A DNA stretch of 64,000 nt, taken from contig OX597814.1 of NCBI GenBank assembly GCA_951406725.2, forward strand, positions 39,804,001 through 39,868,000. The letters are read 5' to 3'. This document shows positions 1 to 14,173 of this stretch, one piece after another. The stretch's first letter is position 1. Every line of letters begins with the position of its first letter. The DNA comes from Octopus vulgaris. Taxonomy: Eukaryota. The translations under genes and the position numbers were made by a program. The notes under the pieces are model-generated. The model made no database searches, had not been told where the DNA came from, and worked only from the letters and a program-made list of their open reading frames with translations.

Positions 1-259
1 CGAGTTTGAGTGAATAAATATTCTATACTTATTGTATATAATCTATCTGGCGGTGCCCACACGCTCTGTAAGTCCAGTATAATTCTTAAAACGTGTATTC
101 AACCAAAGATATGATAAAACAGATTTGTTTAAGACACTTCGCAGCTAAATCAATTTCTCATGAACGTTCACAAGTCCCTGATTTTATTGTATTTTTATAT
201 CTGCATGTATGTATATATTATTCTTTGAATTTAATTTAAGTTCTTAAGAGAGTTTAAGG

Positions 260-570
260 CAGTCGCTAGCAAAGCAACAACAATTTTGAGTTAAGAGAGT
301 TCCCGGTGTTTGTAAGTATGTGGTTGATTTGCTGTGTTGCTTAGACCAAGATGTGTGCATTTATTTACATAAGGACCTCACATGGAGAATTTTCGGAATG
401 TCTTGTAAATCTGCAGTGCGCCACAAATACATTGGACTTGGAGATTCCGCGTCAGATTATTTTGCTCTTTTTTCTGTGTAACCAAATATTTCTAGGCTAT
501 TGTGTAACGTAATACACCTAACACACCTATGATGGTAGGTACAAGTGAGAATACGTAGTCATGGTACAAG
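260..570 (-). mobile_element. Highly degenerate 3' end of an R4/Dong-like non-LTR retrotransposon
   Basis: Minus strand reads VPTIIGVLG, compared with IPVIVGALG in the copy at 28160. It is followed by a 3'UTR-like stretch (caacacagcaaatcaaccacatac) resembling 32555-32580. Confidence 0.45.
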
Positions 571-1065
571 ACCTGTAAGTTCCATATTAATCCGCCATAA
601 GCGTTGGCAATATATGTATGTACGAATGTATAAATGTAAATTCATGTATGCATGTATTGAAGTGTATATTGAAACGTATGTGCATGTAAAAGGGCATGTG
701 AATAAAAGGGTGAGAGAGAAATATGTCATTGCTTAGAATTCAACAAAACAGTCATAACATGCTGGTTTCGATCAACCATTTACCATAGCTTCATGTCGAC
801 ATTAGCCTTTTAAGTACAGTTAAGCATGTGCAAACGGAAACTAAAACCAATAGAAAGAGTGCCCTTGGAAATCAAATGACAAGTTTTTGTCACACACTGT
901 ATCACAGTAAATAATCAGTTCGAAGATTAAATTAGAGTAACGCTTGTCGGTAGATTATTGTTCCATGTCATGAGGTTGGTTAACTGGCCGAACAACGGAG
1001 GATTTATGTAGTTCTTTTTAATGTAATATGTGTAGGAATGTATAGGTATGCATATAAATTCATAT

Positions 1066-1684
1066 ATATTTTCGGCATATTTGACATTAGAATTTTTCTT
1101 TTGCCCTTATCTTGTAAATAATTTATAAATTTAACCTTTAAAGGTATTTTTTGATATGCTGGTCAATGATAATTTTTTTTTCCCGAAAAGAGTTTTATCC
1201 TATATTAGTTATAAATTGATTAGTGTTCACTCCGGATTCTATCACTCTGTGAAAGTTTCTAGTTCGAACCACACGTGTCTCGAGATGTGCCGAAGAGTTT
1301 TCTATTTTGGATATATTTGGGGTACTTAGGTCTGCTCAGGACTTGGTGTTTGCTTTTTCCATGGGTATGAGTAAGTATTTCACTTATATCTCGCGTATTT
1401 TCCGCTGAAGAGGGGAAAATTTCTTATTAATTAACTCCGAAATTGGACTAATACGGAAATAACGAATTTTTTAGAAATTTCTATCGGTTTGTTTCGAGAC
1501 GCATAAATTATGATGGTTATTGAAAAGTTTTGTCTTTTTTTCGGCATATTTGGCATTAGAATTTTTCTTTTGCCCTTATCTTGTAAATTATTTATAAATT
1601 TAACCTTTAAAGGTATTTTTTTAAATGCTGGCCATTGATAAAATTATTTTCCCGAAAATTTTTTTATCCATATTATTAGTTATA
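1066..1684 (+). mobile_element. Non-autonomous PLE-derived (pLTR/retrozyme-like) element with partial tandem duplication
   Basis: A ~145-bp direct repeat (about 1068-1213 and 1538-1684) brackets a hammerhead motif. (TA)n lies on both flanks. Confidence 0.65.
1399..1459 (+). ncRNA. Type I hammerhead ribozyme
   Basis: Stem I TTTCCG/CGGAAA, core CTGAAGA (1405-1411), stem II GGGG/CTCC, GAAA (1439-1442), stem III ATTG/TAAT, cleavage triplet AUA (after 1453). Confidence 0.8.
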
Positions 1685-1704
1685 TATATATATATATATA
1701 TATT

Positions 1705-1747
<43 letters not shown>

Positions 1748-1836
1748 AATATATTGAAACTCACACACAAGGTACAGGAAATTTATATATACACCATCCT
1801 GCTTAAATAATGGAACTGCAAATAAAATATTTTTAC

Positions 1837-1923
1837 CTATCTCACATATTTTATTCCTCCACTTTACTCTGTATTTCATATCATTTCTATAACAACTATT
1901 ACTTAAACATTTTCTTGCAACGT
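1837..1923 (-). CDS. Candidate internal exon (87 nt, phase 1-1), possibly of the CatSper-epsilon-like gene
   Basis: Acceptor cccttcatcacag and donor TAG|gtaaaa. The frame is open (DVARKCLSNSCYRNDMKYRVKWRNKICEI), with weak resemblance to the C-x3-D-x2-Y-x-I segment of CATSPERE as recalled. Confidence 0.25.
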
Positions 1924-2738
1924 CTGTGATGAAGGGATATATAAAATATCCCAGAAACAGATGTAAGGCCTTCTCTTTATGAATGTTCTGTAAATTATTC
2001 ACAGTCTTGTATTTTTTATCGCATTCTGTTAATTTATATATATATCTAAATTAGTACACATAATTGGAAGTATATAAACGAGAAAAGGTGCACACCTAGT
2101 TTAAATATTTTATTAATTTCAAGAACGTCATTTACATTCCATTACATAAACAGACTTTATACATACATACATACGCACACACACACACACACACACACAT
2201 ACACACACACACACACACACATACACACACATACACACACACACACGCACATATATATATTAAAACCTTATAGAGTTATAGCTTCTTTTGGGTAAGTATA
2301 TCTAAGCATGTTTTACAAAGCGATGTAACAATAATAAATATATGTTACATAAAATTCATTTTCGAAATTATGCTACACATTTTTTTCAAGTGCCTAAAAA
2401 CTGTTGGTAGCAGTTGCTTTTCTTTAGCACCGTCCGTCATGATACAGGAGATCTAAAACCAAATCAGACCTTCTATATTTTCATATATCTCCAACTGCGT
2501 TATTTCATCTTTTTCTGGTCTTTGATGCATAGGATATCGTGTATGTTTTACTTGTTTCAGTAATTAGGCAGCAGCCATGCAGAGACACAACCTTGAATAA
2601 CTTTAATGGAATAATTCAACCCCAGTATCTATTTTTTAAAGACTGGACACACACATATACACACACACGCATATATATATATATATATATATACATACAT
2701 ACATACATACACACATACATACATACATATATACATAC

Positions 2739-2804
<66 letters not shown>

Positions 2805-2805
<1 letters not shown>

Positions 2806-2967
2806 TGACGAGATTATTTTGTTTCCGTCTAAGAAATCTAATCACAAGATTTTGGGTGGTCCGAGACAATAGTAGAAAACACTTGCCCAAGGTACCACTC
2901 AGTGGAACTGAACCCGGAATCATGTGGTTGGGTGGGAAGTAAACTTCTTAACATAAACAGCCGCGCA
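2805..2967 (-). mobile_element. tRNA-derived SINE (family B), 5' portion
   Basis: Diverged match to the head of the copies at 35695-36140 and 49630-50020. Confidence 0.7.
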
Positions 2968-3228
2968 TAATTATAGATGTTTCAGTGACAACTTAAAGGT
3001 TCTTTCATCTGCTATAGGATTTCTGCTTTTGTAATTTTGCATATTACTTTACTTGCAATAATACTAGTTGAAAACTATTAGTTCAAATAAATTTAACGAG
3101 AACTGTAGCTGCCCAAATGAAATTCGATAGAAACGTGGCAAGATATAGTTGAAAATATAGTTGAAACGTAAATGAAACCAAGTAAAAAATTCTAGAACTC
3201 TAACGCTTTCATGTTAATTTGCGTTGGA

Positions 3229-3876
3229 CAAAGTGATTTGCGTTGGACAAAGCATATCTCTAAAATTGTCAAGAAGGCCGAGGGTGTCTTGGCATCACTC
3301 AGCAAGACTTTTGTTAGCCGCTCTCCAGCCATCTATTTAAAACTGTATACAGCTATGGTACGACCACACTTGGAATTCGCATCATCAGTTTGGAATCCCT
3401 ATCTTGCTCAGAACATTGACCTCCTGGAATCTGTCCAGAGACGTGCAACCAAACGCATACCCTCCATCAGACACCTACCATATTCTGAGCGCCTTGTTTC
3501 CCTGGGCATGGATTCACTGAAGCTCTGGCGTCTGGCAACGGACTTGGTAAACACCCACAAGGATATCAACCACCTCACCAACAACAACACTGAACACCTT
3601 TTTGATCTCCATGTGTCTAACACACGTGGACATGCCTACAAAGTCAGAAAACAGCACAGCTCCCATGACTTTCGGAAACATTATTTCACGCACAGGCTAG
3701 CTGAAGCGTGGAATAAACTGCCTGCATCAGTTGTTGACTGCCATGACACTGCATCCTTTAAGGCCCTAATGCTTCCCGAAATCCGTCGAAACTACACCTG
3801 ATTATATATACACTTTAGATGAGTTGTAGTGCACCTGAGCACTGTACACAATTATTATTATTATTATTATTATTAT
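3229..3876 (+). mobile_element. 5'-truncated CR1-clade LINE (RT C-terminus, 3'UTR, (ATT)n tail)
   Basis: ORF 3211-3801 contains LYTAMVRPHLEFASSVWNPY...LESVQRRATK...TRGH..K...WNKLP, typical of the CR1 ORF2 end. It terminates in (ATT)n. Confidence 0.9.
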
Positions 3877-4652
3877 TTTAATCCTCTAAACACTTGGAAT
3901 TTAAGTTCTGTGAAAAATAGCTAAAATGTAAAACAAACTACTTTTCTTTGGAGTAAAATAAAAAAAAAACCTATATTAAAAAATCTTAACACGAACAATA
4001 CGTGAAGCTGTAATATGCGAAAGTGTTTTTTAAAAAATATATTTAAATAGAGAACAAACATTTACTTACAATGACGAATTAATGGTATAAACGTTGATAC
4101 CAGAACTGGTATTGCACACATTACTAACTTATGTGATTTGATTTTATTGGTATAGAACTATTGGGGAAGAAAATTGCCGGAAACAATTTGTCACACATGG
4201 ACACTGCTTATTCAAAAAGGAATAATTATTACAACTTGTAATAATATTCTACAATAAAAGTGGACAACCAACAAAAAGCACTGACATATAATTAATTTCA
4301 CATAAATGTTATGAATATCATTAAATTGTTTTAAAGAAAGGAAATCTAGACGAATAATGATTACTGTAATTGACAAACAAGACTCTGAATTACATATGAA
4401 AATGAAAGAACAATCAATGATTTCGAGGAAAGCTCCCGATTGGCTATATGTCACGCAGAGCAGAAGAAATCGACTGCATCCTCCTCTACGAAGAGGTAAT
4501 GAATATTAAATAACAGATTCAATCGTGCCTTTCCGAATGTTATATTCATATGTATAATTGCACTTGTTAGAGATATAAAAGAATCAGTAGCCGTTACACA
4601 TACATATTCGTAGTCAGATACACACACATACACACATTACACACACACACGT

Positions 4653-4700
<48 letters not shown>

Positions 4701-4819
4701 CACATATATATGTATATATAAGCAATTATTGGGATATGCAAATTAGACATCAAATATATTGAATATAACATATATATTAAATATATGTGTGTGCATGTGT
4801 GTGTGTATGTATGTATATG

Positions 4820-5133
4820 TGAAGGTACGTCGGCTTAGTGACTTGGAATATTCAACTCATGAACCTAAGATCATGTGTGCAAACCTGGTGTCGATTTGTG
4901 CCAGACGCTTTATTTAAATTTTCCCACCCCAGCGTGCTGGCAAATATGATTTGTACCTATAATTCAAAGGGCTGGCCTTGTCCCATTCCGTGCAACGCTG
5001 AATCTCCTTGAGAATTACGTTAAGAGGACACGTGTGTGTGGGATGTTCTACCACTTGATCGTTAGTTTCACGAGCAGGCTGTTCCGTTGATCGGATTAAC
5101 AGGAACCCTCATTGTCGTAACCGACGGAGAGCT
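4820..5133 (+). mobile_element. tRNA-derived SINE (family A), diverged copy
   Basis: Reverse-complement similarity to 14994-15378 (cacgagcaggctgttccgttgatcgg...gtcgtaaccgacggag). Confidence 0.75.
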
Positions 5134-5152
5134 AATTCGGAAATTTTCAGCT

Positions 5153-5253
<101 letters not shown>

Positions 5254-5259
5254 AGAGAA

Positions 5260-5958
5260 AGGGTGTTTCAAAAAAGTTGATACAATTTCAGATGTAAATA
5301 TCACAGAAACTGCATAGTCAAAGCAAATGAAATTAAACAGGTTTAATGATGGGTAATATAAGATTTATTCCTCGAAATTTGAATGAGAAATTGAAAGGTG
5401 CGTGGATTCCATGAACGATTTTACAAATGTTCAATATGCGCACTGTCTCCTTCTAAACACGAGCTGCAGCTTCTAGAGTTTCATTAGCAAGGGCTTCCTC
5501 AGGACGCGCCAAAATCGTTTGAGGAATCTGGGTTTCCAGACTTGTTAATCTTATGGACTTTTTGGAGCCTCGCAAGCATTTTTGGCGAACCCGCTCCACA
5601 GCTTCTTCCGATGCTAGTGGTCATTTATATCATTTTGCCCTGCACAGACAGCCTTCGTCTTTGAATTTTTTGTGCCATGTTCAAATATGTATTGATGTTG
5701 GTAACTTTTTAGAGAACACTCTCGCAAATGCAGGTTGCAAAATCTTGTTCGACTGTATTAGAGCATACTCAAACGCACAAAACGTCTTTTTTCTTCCAGT
5801 GAATACCATTTCTATACCCAAAAATATAAACATATCAAATATTAAGCATAAATTTGGACCTGTTTCTACACATGCTGTTAAAATTTGAATTCATTTGAAC
5901 AAGAATTGCCAAAGTTATGAGATTGCTAAATGAAATCAAATTTTTGTAAACACACAGT
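5260..5958 (-). mobile_element. Internally deleted, degenerate Tc1/mariner-superfamily DNA transposon
   Basis: Imperfect TIRs (agggtgtttcaaaaaagttgat / atcaaatttttgtaaacacacag). Minus strand gives MVFTGRKKTFCAFEY...WHKKFKDEGCLC (HTH region) and a C-terminal AHIEHL*. Confidence 0.65.
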
Positions 5959-7402
5959 TCTGCAAAATATCTTCTCATTTTGTGTAAGGAAAAGCAGCAA
6001 ATTAAAGGCTATATCTTCATTTACATAGATCATTAATAAAATAATGGATGCAAAAAAGAAACGAACAATCGATACAAGGAGTACATAATTAAAAAAACAC
6101 ATTCACGGATAAGGATGTATAAAGGCCTCGTACGCGTGCATACACTGCACAGACTCACTACACAAACACATACACACACACGTACATTTATGCAGCACAA
6201 AATACATCACGATGTATTTCCAAGTGGTAGATGAAGTGTTCGATGCAAACATCTGATGTATTGTAGTACAGTGTTGAGCAATGCCTCAACCACTGACACA
6301 GCGCCTCTTCCTGTTCGACAATCCATTCCGCACCTTTGTGATCATGAATTCCGTTTCGAAGCCCTTAAGCCTCATTCCTTTTTCCCCGAAGCCTAAGAAA
6401 TGGATGCTCAAATCAAATTTGTCGAGATTTGAAACCATAACTTAAAAGCTCGTAATAACGGAAGTTATGTTATTCCTCCTACTCCATGGACTATCAATAT
6501 TCCACCCACCCACCCACCTCTTCATAGATATTGGCAGATATTCAGTTAGAAACTAGAGCAATTTAGTCAGATCCCATTAGTATACCAGCAGCAAAATTAT
6601 AAACAATAGTAAGTGCTTTGTTGACATGAAACAAGAGATTTGGAGCAAGCAGAACAACAGCAAACTGCCACATGAAAGAAATATCAAAGAAAATGCATAA
6701 TAAACGATATTAGCAACAAACGTTCAATAACAACATCCGCAACTGATATAGCAACTTCAAAAACAGTTCTTCTAAAGGCAGCAGTGTAAATGTATAAAAC
6801 GACAGAAAAAAAGTACAATGAACATAATATTTAGGAGACCATCAACAATAAATAAATATAATAGTCACACAGAGCAATCACAACAAAAGTTCTATTGCCC
6901 CGATTCTAGTTATTATATTATTAGATATTACCAGATTCCATCGATAAGTTAGAATGCTGAGAGCTAAACAATTAGGATCTATTCCACCCGGAGATACAGT
7001 CGAAAGCAACATTCTGATCGATTGTGGTAATCGCAAAAATAAATTACATACGATTACAAAATAAAAACGGAGAGGAAGAGGGGAAGAAATTACAAATAAG
7101 TGAATTATTGTTGCTTCTCGGCAGACATACTTCTCAATGTGTAAGGACGAAATATGAACTGAAACACTTTTAGAACAATGTAAACTTGATTATAGATTTC
7201 TATAAACTAAGTGTGTGTATGTGTGTGTATCTGTGTGTGTGTCTGTCTGTGTGTGTGTATAAGGAAGGAGAGAGGCAGAGAATGAGAGACAGAAAGGGTG
7301 CGAGACTGGTTGAACAGAACCGTATGTCAGAATAGCTGTTCCACTGTTTAACTAGTATATGGATGAACGTAAGGCGGATAGTGTACATTCTTAATAATAT
7401 AC

Positions 7403-7489
<87 letters not shown>

Positions 7490-7500
7490 CTGTATGTATG

Positions 7501-7534
<34 letters not shown>

Positions 7535-7539
7535 TATAT

Positions 7540-7573
<34 letters not shown>

Positions 7574-8185
7574 CACATATGTATGTATGTATGATTATAC
7601 ACATCATACACATGCGCTTTCACACGCATATGATGTACTCTATTAAAAGAAATTCAGAATGATGCAGAACCGCTATACTTCATCCAAAATTTTCAAACGA
7701 ATCTTGTTTTACTTCAATGATTACAATTTATTACAAATATTGTTATAGGATATCTCTTATTCTTTAGATGTGATAGAAGATAAAGGGATACCATATGAAA
7801 GTAAATTTCATAGAAGTGGAGCATCCAATTTGCAAAACAATTAATGTATCATTGTATAATTTCAATGATGGGTTATACTTATGGCGTTGATTAAAAGGGA
7901 CACAGGTTAAAAGATTTAGAAATAGTGAGGGAATATAAAATGAAAGGGAACTGGGAAGTTATAGGAAAAATGGAGGGGAAGATATGTGTGGCATATGAAT
8001 ATCTGAAATGAGACGCATCTATTTTTATATAGTGTAAGATAACACCGACTTGGATCTTTAGTTCCACTGGTATGTCGAGTCTATAACTAGACTTCCACAC
8101 AAATACGCCGCGCACACATATATTTAATCATACATATGTGTGCGTGTATATGTGTGTTTGTGTGTGTATATATATGTTTGTGCAC

Positions 8186-8243
<58 letters not shown>

Positions 8244-9565
8244 ATACATATATATATATATATATATGCAGTATATATATAGTGTATTATCTTTCTGACC
8301 ACTACCTCCGTAAAGAAAACAACGTCCTTATACTGTTTCCTTCATAAGCTCGTCTTCCTAACGTTCATAATAATTTTTCTATCTTCTTGGCTCCGCATCC
8401 CTCACCGTTTGTTTTTACTGTTTTGTTCTCACTGTCCTGTTCTTTTTACCACTTTCACTCTCCGTAAAAAATCCAAAATTTTATTTAATTTGCTTAGCGG
8501 GAAGGAATGTTTCAACGAAGTCGCATCTTGTCGTTACCTTCGAAACGATTTAGTTTCGAAATGATTTAGTGAAGCTAAATAACTGCTTACTCTCTTACTC
8601 GGAGTTTTACATAACTGGTTGTCAGACAGAAGGGAATTTTGAAGAAAGACATTAGTTTACAATTGCTTGCGAATAATTAAATAGTAAGTATTTGATAGAT
8701 CATGAAGTAAATAAAGGAAACTTATTGGGCACTGCTTAATTGATGGTGTTCTTAAAATTAATGGTGTCAGTTTTATACGATTGACCGATGATAAAATTAT
8801 TAACATAAAATACGGGCTTAATTAAATTAAATAACTGAGACTAAAACAGATCACAGTGTATTCATAAATGTTTATAGTTATAAATATTTGCAGTAACGGA
8901 TAAATTTCAAAGAAAAATTATTTTATAAATTAGGAATTTAATAAATACAAACGCGATAAGTCAACAATCTACATAGAGGAGCAAACTTGTAGCCCATTTT
9001 TTTTTCAGTGCAGACGTAGTGAAACAGAGTCTGTGTAGCAGAAAGGAAAAAAAGATAAAATTAGTAAGACTGAAGATTGGGAAGCCAAGCATTGAAATAC
9101 GTCACTATCCACATTATTAGTTTATATAAAAGAGACATGCGCACTTATACACACCAAAGCTTAACCAGATACCCAAAGACACAAATATTTATATGCACAG
9201 GATAAACCCGATTAGAAATCTTGCATAAGATAGATAAATCAGATAGACAGAGAGAGTAGGTAAGTGTGATGATAAAAAAGAAATATATTTATTTAGTGCA
9301 ATGAAAGCAAAATGCAACGCATAAACAATTTGTTCGAAAAATTAAAACTCCTTGATTAGTGAGATATTAATATTTATTTCATGACTTACCAAATAATTAC
9401 TATTATACAAGTTATAAAACATATATAAACTAATATTAGTATCTATTACTGAATATATCTTTATCGATATATCGATCAGTATATGTGTGTGTGCGCGTAT
9501 GCGCGCGTGTATATATATATATATATATATATATATGTGAGTGTGTATAGATGCATACATACATA

Positions 9566-9617
<52 letters not shown>

Positions 9618-10479
9618 AAGAACGAAGGGATAGAAGAAATTCTGGCAAATACGTCAGTTAGTACTCCATGAGTTAACCTGACTTAGAGATTAAACAAACC
9701 GAGTAAAAGGTACAAACTCTACATCCGAGGCAACTCACTAATTCATTCGTTGGTATATTATTCTCCAAATAAATCATCGATCAGACAAAGAAAGAAAAAT
9801 AAAGTTCTTACACAACTTTATTCACTTACGAAGGTTTTGAATTTGCTAAGGGAACTGTTTCTGCATCATACAATAACCTGTATGTATAATTATATATCAC
9901 AGTCAAGTGAATCTTGTTAACTATTGACAGAAGGATAGGATTGCTAGTTATCTGGTTAATGGGAAGAAAAATAAAGTGAAAGCAGTTAATGTAAATTATA
10001 TCCAATCTAAAAGATAAATAATCTAAATAAATCTAATGTTTCACGTGATAATGTACCGATTGGTCAATAAACAGATACATGTAATAAGAGAAAGCATAGC
10101 AATAAGGACTGAAACCACAATATTTCGTACAACCATGAGTGAGCTAATATATAGTACTATAAGTACTTAGGGAATGCAAATTCAGGTTCACTGTCTAGTT
10201 TATTGCTGGTCTGTCCTTTGCAGGTCCTGCGCCTGTGAACCTTATCCAGCACTCTCTATACGACATAAGAGAGTCCGTATCCTTCCATGCCACCGTTCAG
10301 TAGATTACAGGAAGGTCGACTACAGTAAGTAGAGTTGAGATGTATACTTGAATGCTTCCTCGTGCCTTCACCTGGCAGCGAGATTTGGACTCAGAATGTA
10401 AAGAGCCGGAGGATATACCTTAAATCATTTATTCCAACAACCCCAACAATTCTTCCACACTCGCACCAGCAGGGCAGTG

Positions 10480-10591
10480 TGAAATGTCGTGTTTTGCTCA
10501 AGAACACAATGCACCGCTCGGTCCGGGAAACGAACCCACCATCTACTGATCGAAACTACAACAGTCTAACCACTAGGCCACGCACCTTCAC
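10480..10591 (-). mobile_element. tRNA-derived SINE head (family A-related)
   Basis: The reverse complement begins gtgaaggtgcgtggcctagtggttag (A box) and has a B-box-like ggttcgtttcc. Confidence 0.6.
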
Positions 10592-10895
10592 TATACTTCA
10601 ATACGTACTGCGCAAACATTAAGTATGGCACCAATTTTAGATGAAATAGTGTGAGTAATAGAAATACTATTCTGCCCGGATTTCGTCTAATGACAGAGAT
10701 CTCAGTAATGTTCTTTAAGGCGTTAGACAGACATTTCCCGCCTTCTAGCAGATATAATAGAATATTCAATGGACATAGTTAGAAGTTTGGAAATTCAACT
10801 AGACATATAATTTAGCGGTTACTATTGTGGCTATTAAGAGTTAGAAAACTGAATATATTCAGCATGAATGCACCCTCATGTCTTCATGCACAACG

Positions 10896-11431
10896 TTAGT
10901 TTGTTAGTTAGTTAGTTAGTTAATTTGGCTCAAAAGCAAGTAGCAAGGCCATGTAGGGGGACATGGAGTTAAGTACAGGGTGGTGTTCATGTAAAGAGTT
11001 CAGGCCACTTGAGGTCAAGGGAGGCTTTGAACAAAGCGGTCGTCGGCATCTTCACCATCTCGTCTGGCAGCTTGTTCCACGGATCCGCAACCCGGATGGA
11101 GAAAGCTCCTCTCCTTCGATTGAGATGAAATCGTCGCAGGTAGAGCTTTTCGGAATGACCCCGCAGTCGACGCTCTGGAGCAGGAGTGAAGAACAGCTCT
11201 TTCGAGAGGTTACACTTTCCGCTTATGATGTTGTGGGCGAGAATGAGATCACCACGGTGGCGGCGTTTTTCAAGAGAATAAAGGTCGAGCGTCCTCAGCC
11301 TTTCTTCATAGGACAAATTTTTGAGACCATGAACCATGCGGGTAGCCAGCTTCTGGACTCTTTCGAGATGCTGTATGTCTTTGAGGAGATAAGGAGAAGA
11401 GGCTTGAATCCCGTACTCCAATCTTGGGCCA
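10896..11431 (-). mobile_element. 5'-truncated CR1-clade LINE with (TAAC)n tail
   Basis: ORF 10987-11421 reads EYGIQASSPYLLKDIQHLERVQKLATRMV..LSYEERL..LDLYSLEKRR.RGDLI...RGH..KL...WNKLP. The tail appears as (GTTA)n on + at 10896-10922. Confidence 0.9.
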
Positions 11432-12222
11432 TATTTAGTGGAACACGTCTATCATGTGCAGATGACGGTGGGGATAATATCTAAGAATTCCCTGTGTAAG
11501 AACAATAGCACTAACAGAATAAATAAGGCCTTTTATGACATGTTTAAGAGAATGTGAAACAGTAGCATTCTTCTTAGATAACAAATGTCTAGTGTTTGAT
11601 CAGAACACTTGAGATTGTCTTTTGTTATATGGACTCTTCACCTAAATGTTGAAGGACATTATTACATTATACCATTCACTCTTATAAATAAAACAAGATA
11701 ACTGCACATCGCTGACCAGTTACATCAGAGAACATGGAAAACGACGGAATATCCAACAGAGGAATATTGTTTTCTCTCTTTCGCAGTCAAATATAGATAG
11801 TGCTCTTCTTTTCTGAGGGGCCTGTAGGAGTTGTAATTAGTGCTTGGTTGAGGCGCTCGAATTATTTAGTTGTAAATGGAACCTAATTAACAAACGTAAC
11901 GCACAATTAAATTGCTATTCTCGTTCTTAAGCAAAACATTCCTAAAATTTCCTCACAAGAATTCCACATGAATAAATAACCTGTATATAAGTAAATAAAA
12001 TTAATACCTGCGATGTGTTATTAGGAATTCTTTTTCCTTCATAATTTACTAACTGTGGAATATGCTAATTTCCCTTTTCCTAACTTAATCTTAGTTTTTA
12101 ATCTAATCCTTAATTATTGAGTCGAACATAATTTAGTTTAAATTTGATTTAATTGAATTCACTTTAACCAGAGTAAACCTGATATTGCTCGAAATGAAAG
12201 TGAAGCAAATAATTAACTTATA

Positions 12223-13514
12223 CGAGGGGCGTTCAATAAGTAATGCCCCTGATCCACTTCCCATAGCAGTAGAGCAACGAAACATGGCACAGTTATTAGT
12301 CTTTTTCTACATAGGAACAACCCAGAGTTACGCGTTTCTCGCATCGTTTGATGCAGCTCTGGAGACCGTTTTCGTAGAACACCCGAGCTTGGTCCTCCAA
12401 CCACGACGTGACTTCAGAAATCAAGGCTGCATCATCTGGGAAACGCTTTCCTTTCAAAAACAACTTCATGGTTGGGAAGAGGTGAAAATCAGAGGATGAA
12501 AGGTCAGGAGAGTAGGGGGATGGGGGAATAGTTCATAGCCGCACGCCTGTGCTTCTGATCTGGCGACACGCGAGTTGTGGACCGGAGCGTTGTCCTGCAA
12601 GAGGAGGATGCCTTTGCTGATCTTGCCCCGCCTCTTGGTTTTGATAGCTTCTCTTAATTTCCTCAAAGGTGAAGCATGATAGGCTCCTGTAATTGCGGTA
12701 CCCTTTGCCAGGAAATCTGTCATCACTAGTCCGTCCTGGTCCCAGAAGACTGTAAGCATGACCTTGCCAGCGGAGGGCTGCACCCTTGCTTTCTTTGGAG
12801 GAGGTGAGTCATGGTGCTTCCACTGCATTGACTGGGCTTTGGTCTCTGGAACATAGTGATGGACCCAGGTCTCATCCTGTGTAATCAGTCTTTTGAAAAA
12901 TTTTGACTCATCTTCTTGGCACATCCCTAACTTCATCCTCGAGCACTCGACGCGTTCTTGCTTCTGGAAAAGTGTGAGCAACCTGGGAATCCATCTGGCA
13001 GACACCTTTTGCATATGCAAATGGTCATGAATGATAGTTTCCACAGACCCAGTACTAATCTTGACCTCATGGGCTATTTGGCGAATAGTTATGCGTCGAT
13101 CATTCAAAATGGCAGCCTCAACTTGACGGACAGATGCCTCATCAATGGCAGAAGAGGTGCGACCAGATCTGGAAGCAGTTTCCACAGAGTTCCGACCATG
13201 TTTGAATTCAAGATGCCAGCGTTTTACAAGATCATATGATGGGGCATCATCACCATAAGTTACTTTCATTTCATCAAAAGTCCCCTGTGGTGTGCGTCAT
13301 TTCAAATACAAAAACCGGATCACTGCTGGACACTCAACAGGCTCCATTTCCCACTTGACTCATTTTAAACACCTGTAAATCAGAAACCACAATTAGTTCG
13401 GAGCTGTAATTTGCCACGTAATCCATAGAAATATAAATAATTGCACATGCAAAGTTTCAGCTAGATCAATCAACGGCAAGTGGGTCAGAGGCATTACTTA
13501 TTGAACGCCCCTCG
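12223..13514 (-). mobile_element. Full-length mariner (DD34D) transposon, 1292 bp
   Basis: TIRs CGAGGGGCGTTCAATAAGTAATGCC at both ends, with TA target duplication (12221-2 and 13515-6). Confidence 0.96.
12296..13347 (-). pseudogene. Mariner transposase pseudogene (early stop plus frameshift)
   Basis: MEPVECPAVIRFLYLK*RTP..., then WIPRLL, QDETW and LQDNAPVH. A frameshift at HPP|YSPDL restores ...SDFHLFP...YVEKD*. Confidence 0.92.
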
Positions 13515-14022
13515 TATATTCTACTCACTGTTAATTGTCATCCACTCGACATTCCCTCAGTTCTTCTTATATTTGCTTTACACACATCTCTGTTGCTGAC
13601 AACCAAACAAATAAAGCTGCAACAGAAAAATTACATTCCCCAAGTTATATTCTCACAGACTAACATACTTTTAAACATGACCTCTAAAAACTGTGAATTC
13701 GGTAAGGATGTAATATACCATGGGAGGTAATCTGATGTGTTTGTTATTTGCAGCAATATTTTTCCGTGTTGTTTGCAGTATGTTCTGCTGCAAACTATAA
13801 CATTTCCTCTCTAAAGAAATGGATTGGGGTGTGGTGGCCCATCATGTAATTGATGCTCTGACTAATTAAATGATTGCTTATAAAAACATTTCAAAATAAA
13901 CATTTCTAAGTTATGTTAGATTAAAACACTTTGTATTTTGTCTGCCTGCATACATTATACATAAATGCATGATTGGGCGTATTTAAATATATGCATGTAC
14001 TTATGTATATATAATACATATA

Positions 14023-14115
<93 letters not shown>

Positions 14116-14173
14116 ATATATGTGTATGCGTGTGTGTATACGCACACACAGATAGATATATATATATACATCG

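Noticed and set aside
4357-4500. Plus-strand short ORF ending at GAG|gtaatg with a nearby CCAAT-like motif
   Set aside because: No recognisable homology or partner exons, and such signals arise by chance.
8490-8560. Possible hammerhead (gaagg...ccttc GAAAC)
   Set aside because: The CUGANGA core and stem I are not recoverable.
9878-10006. Open minus-strand frame with VNKIHLTVIYN resembling CATSPERE
   Set aside because: The donor is weak (gttatt) and the order conflicts with the 21.4 kb candidate. It shows that short eye-matches can be chance.
10224-10324. Plus-strand exon-like segment (ctttgcag...gtaagt)
   Set aside because: No homology, adjacent to SINE debris, and no supporting exons.
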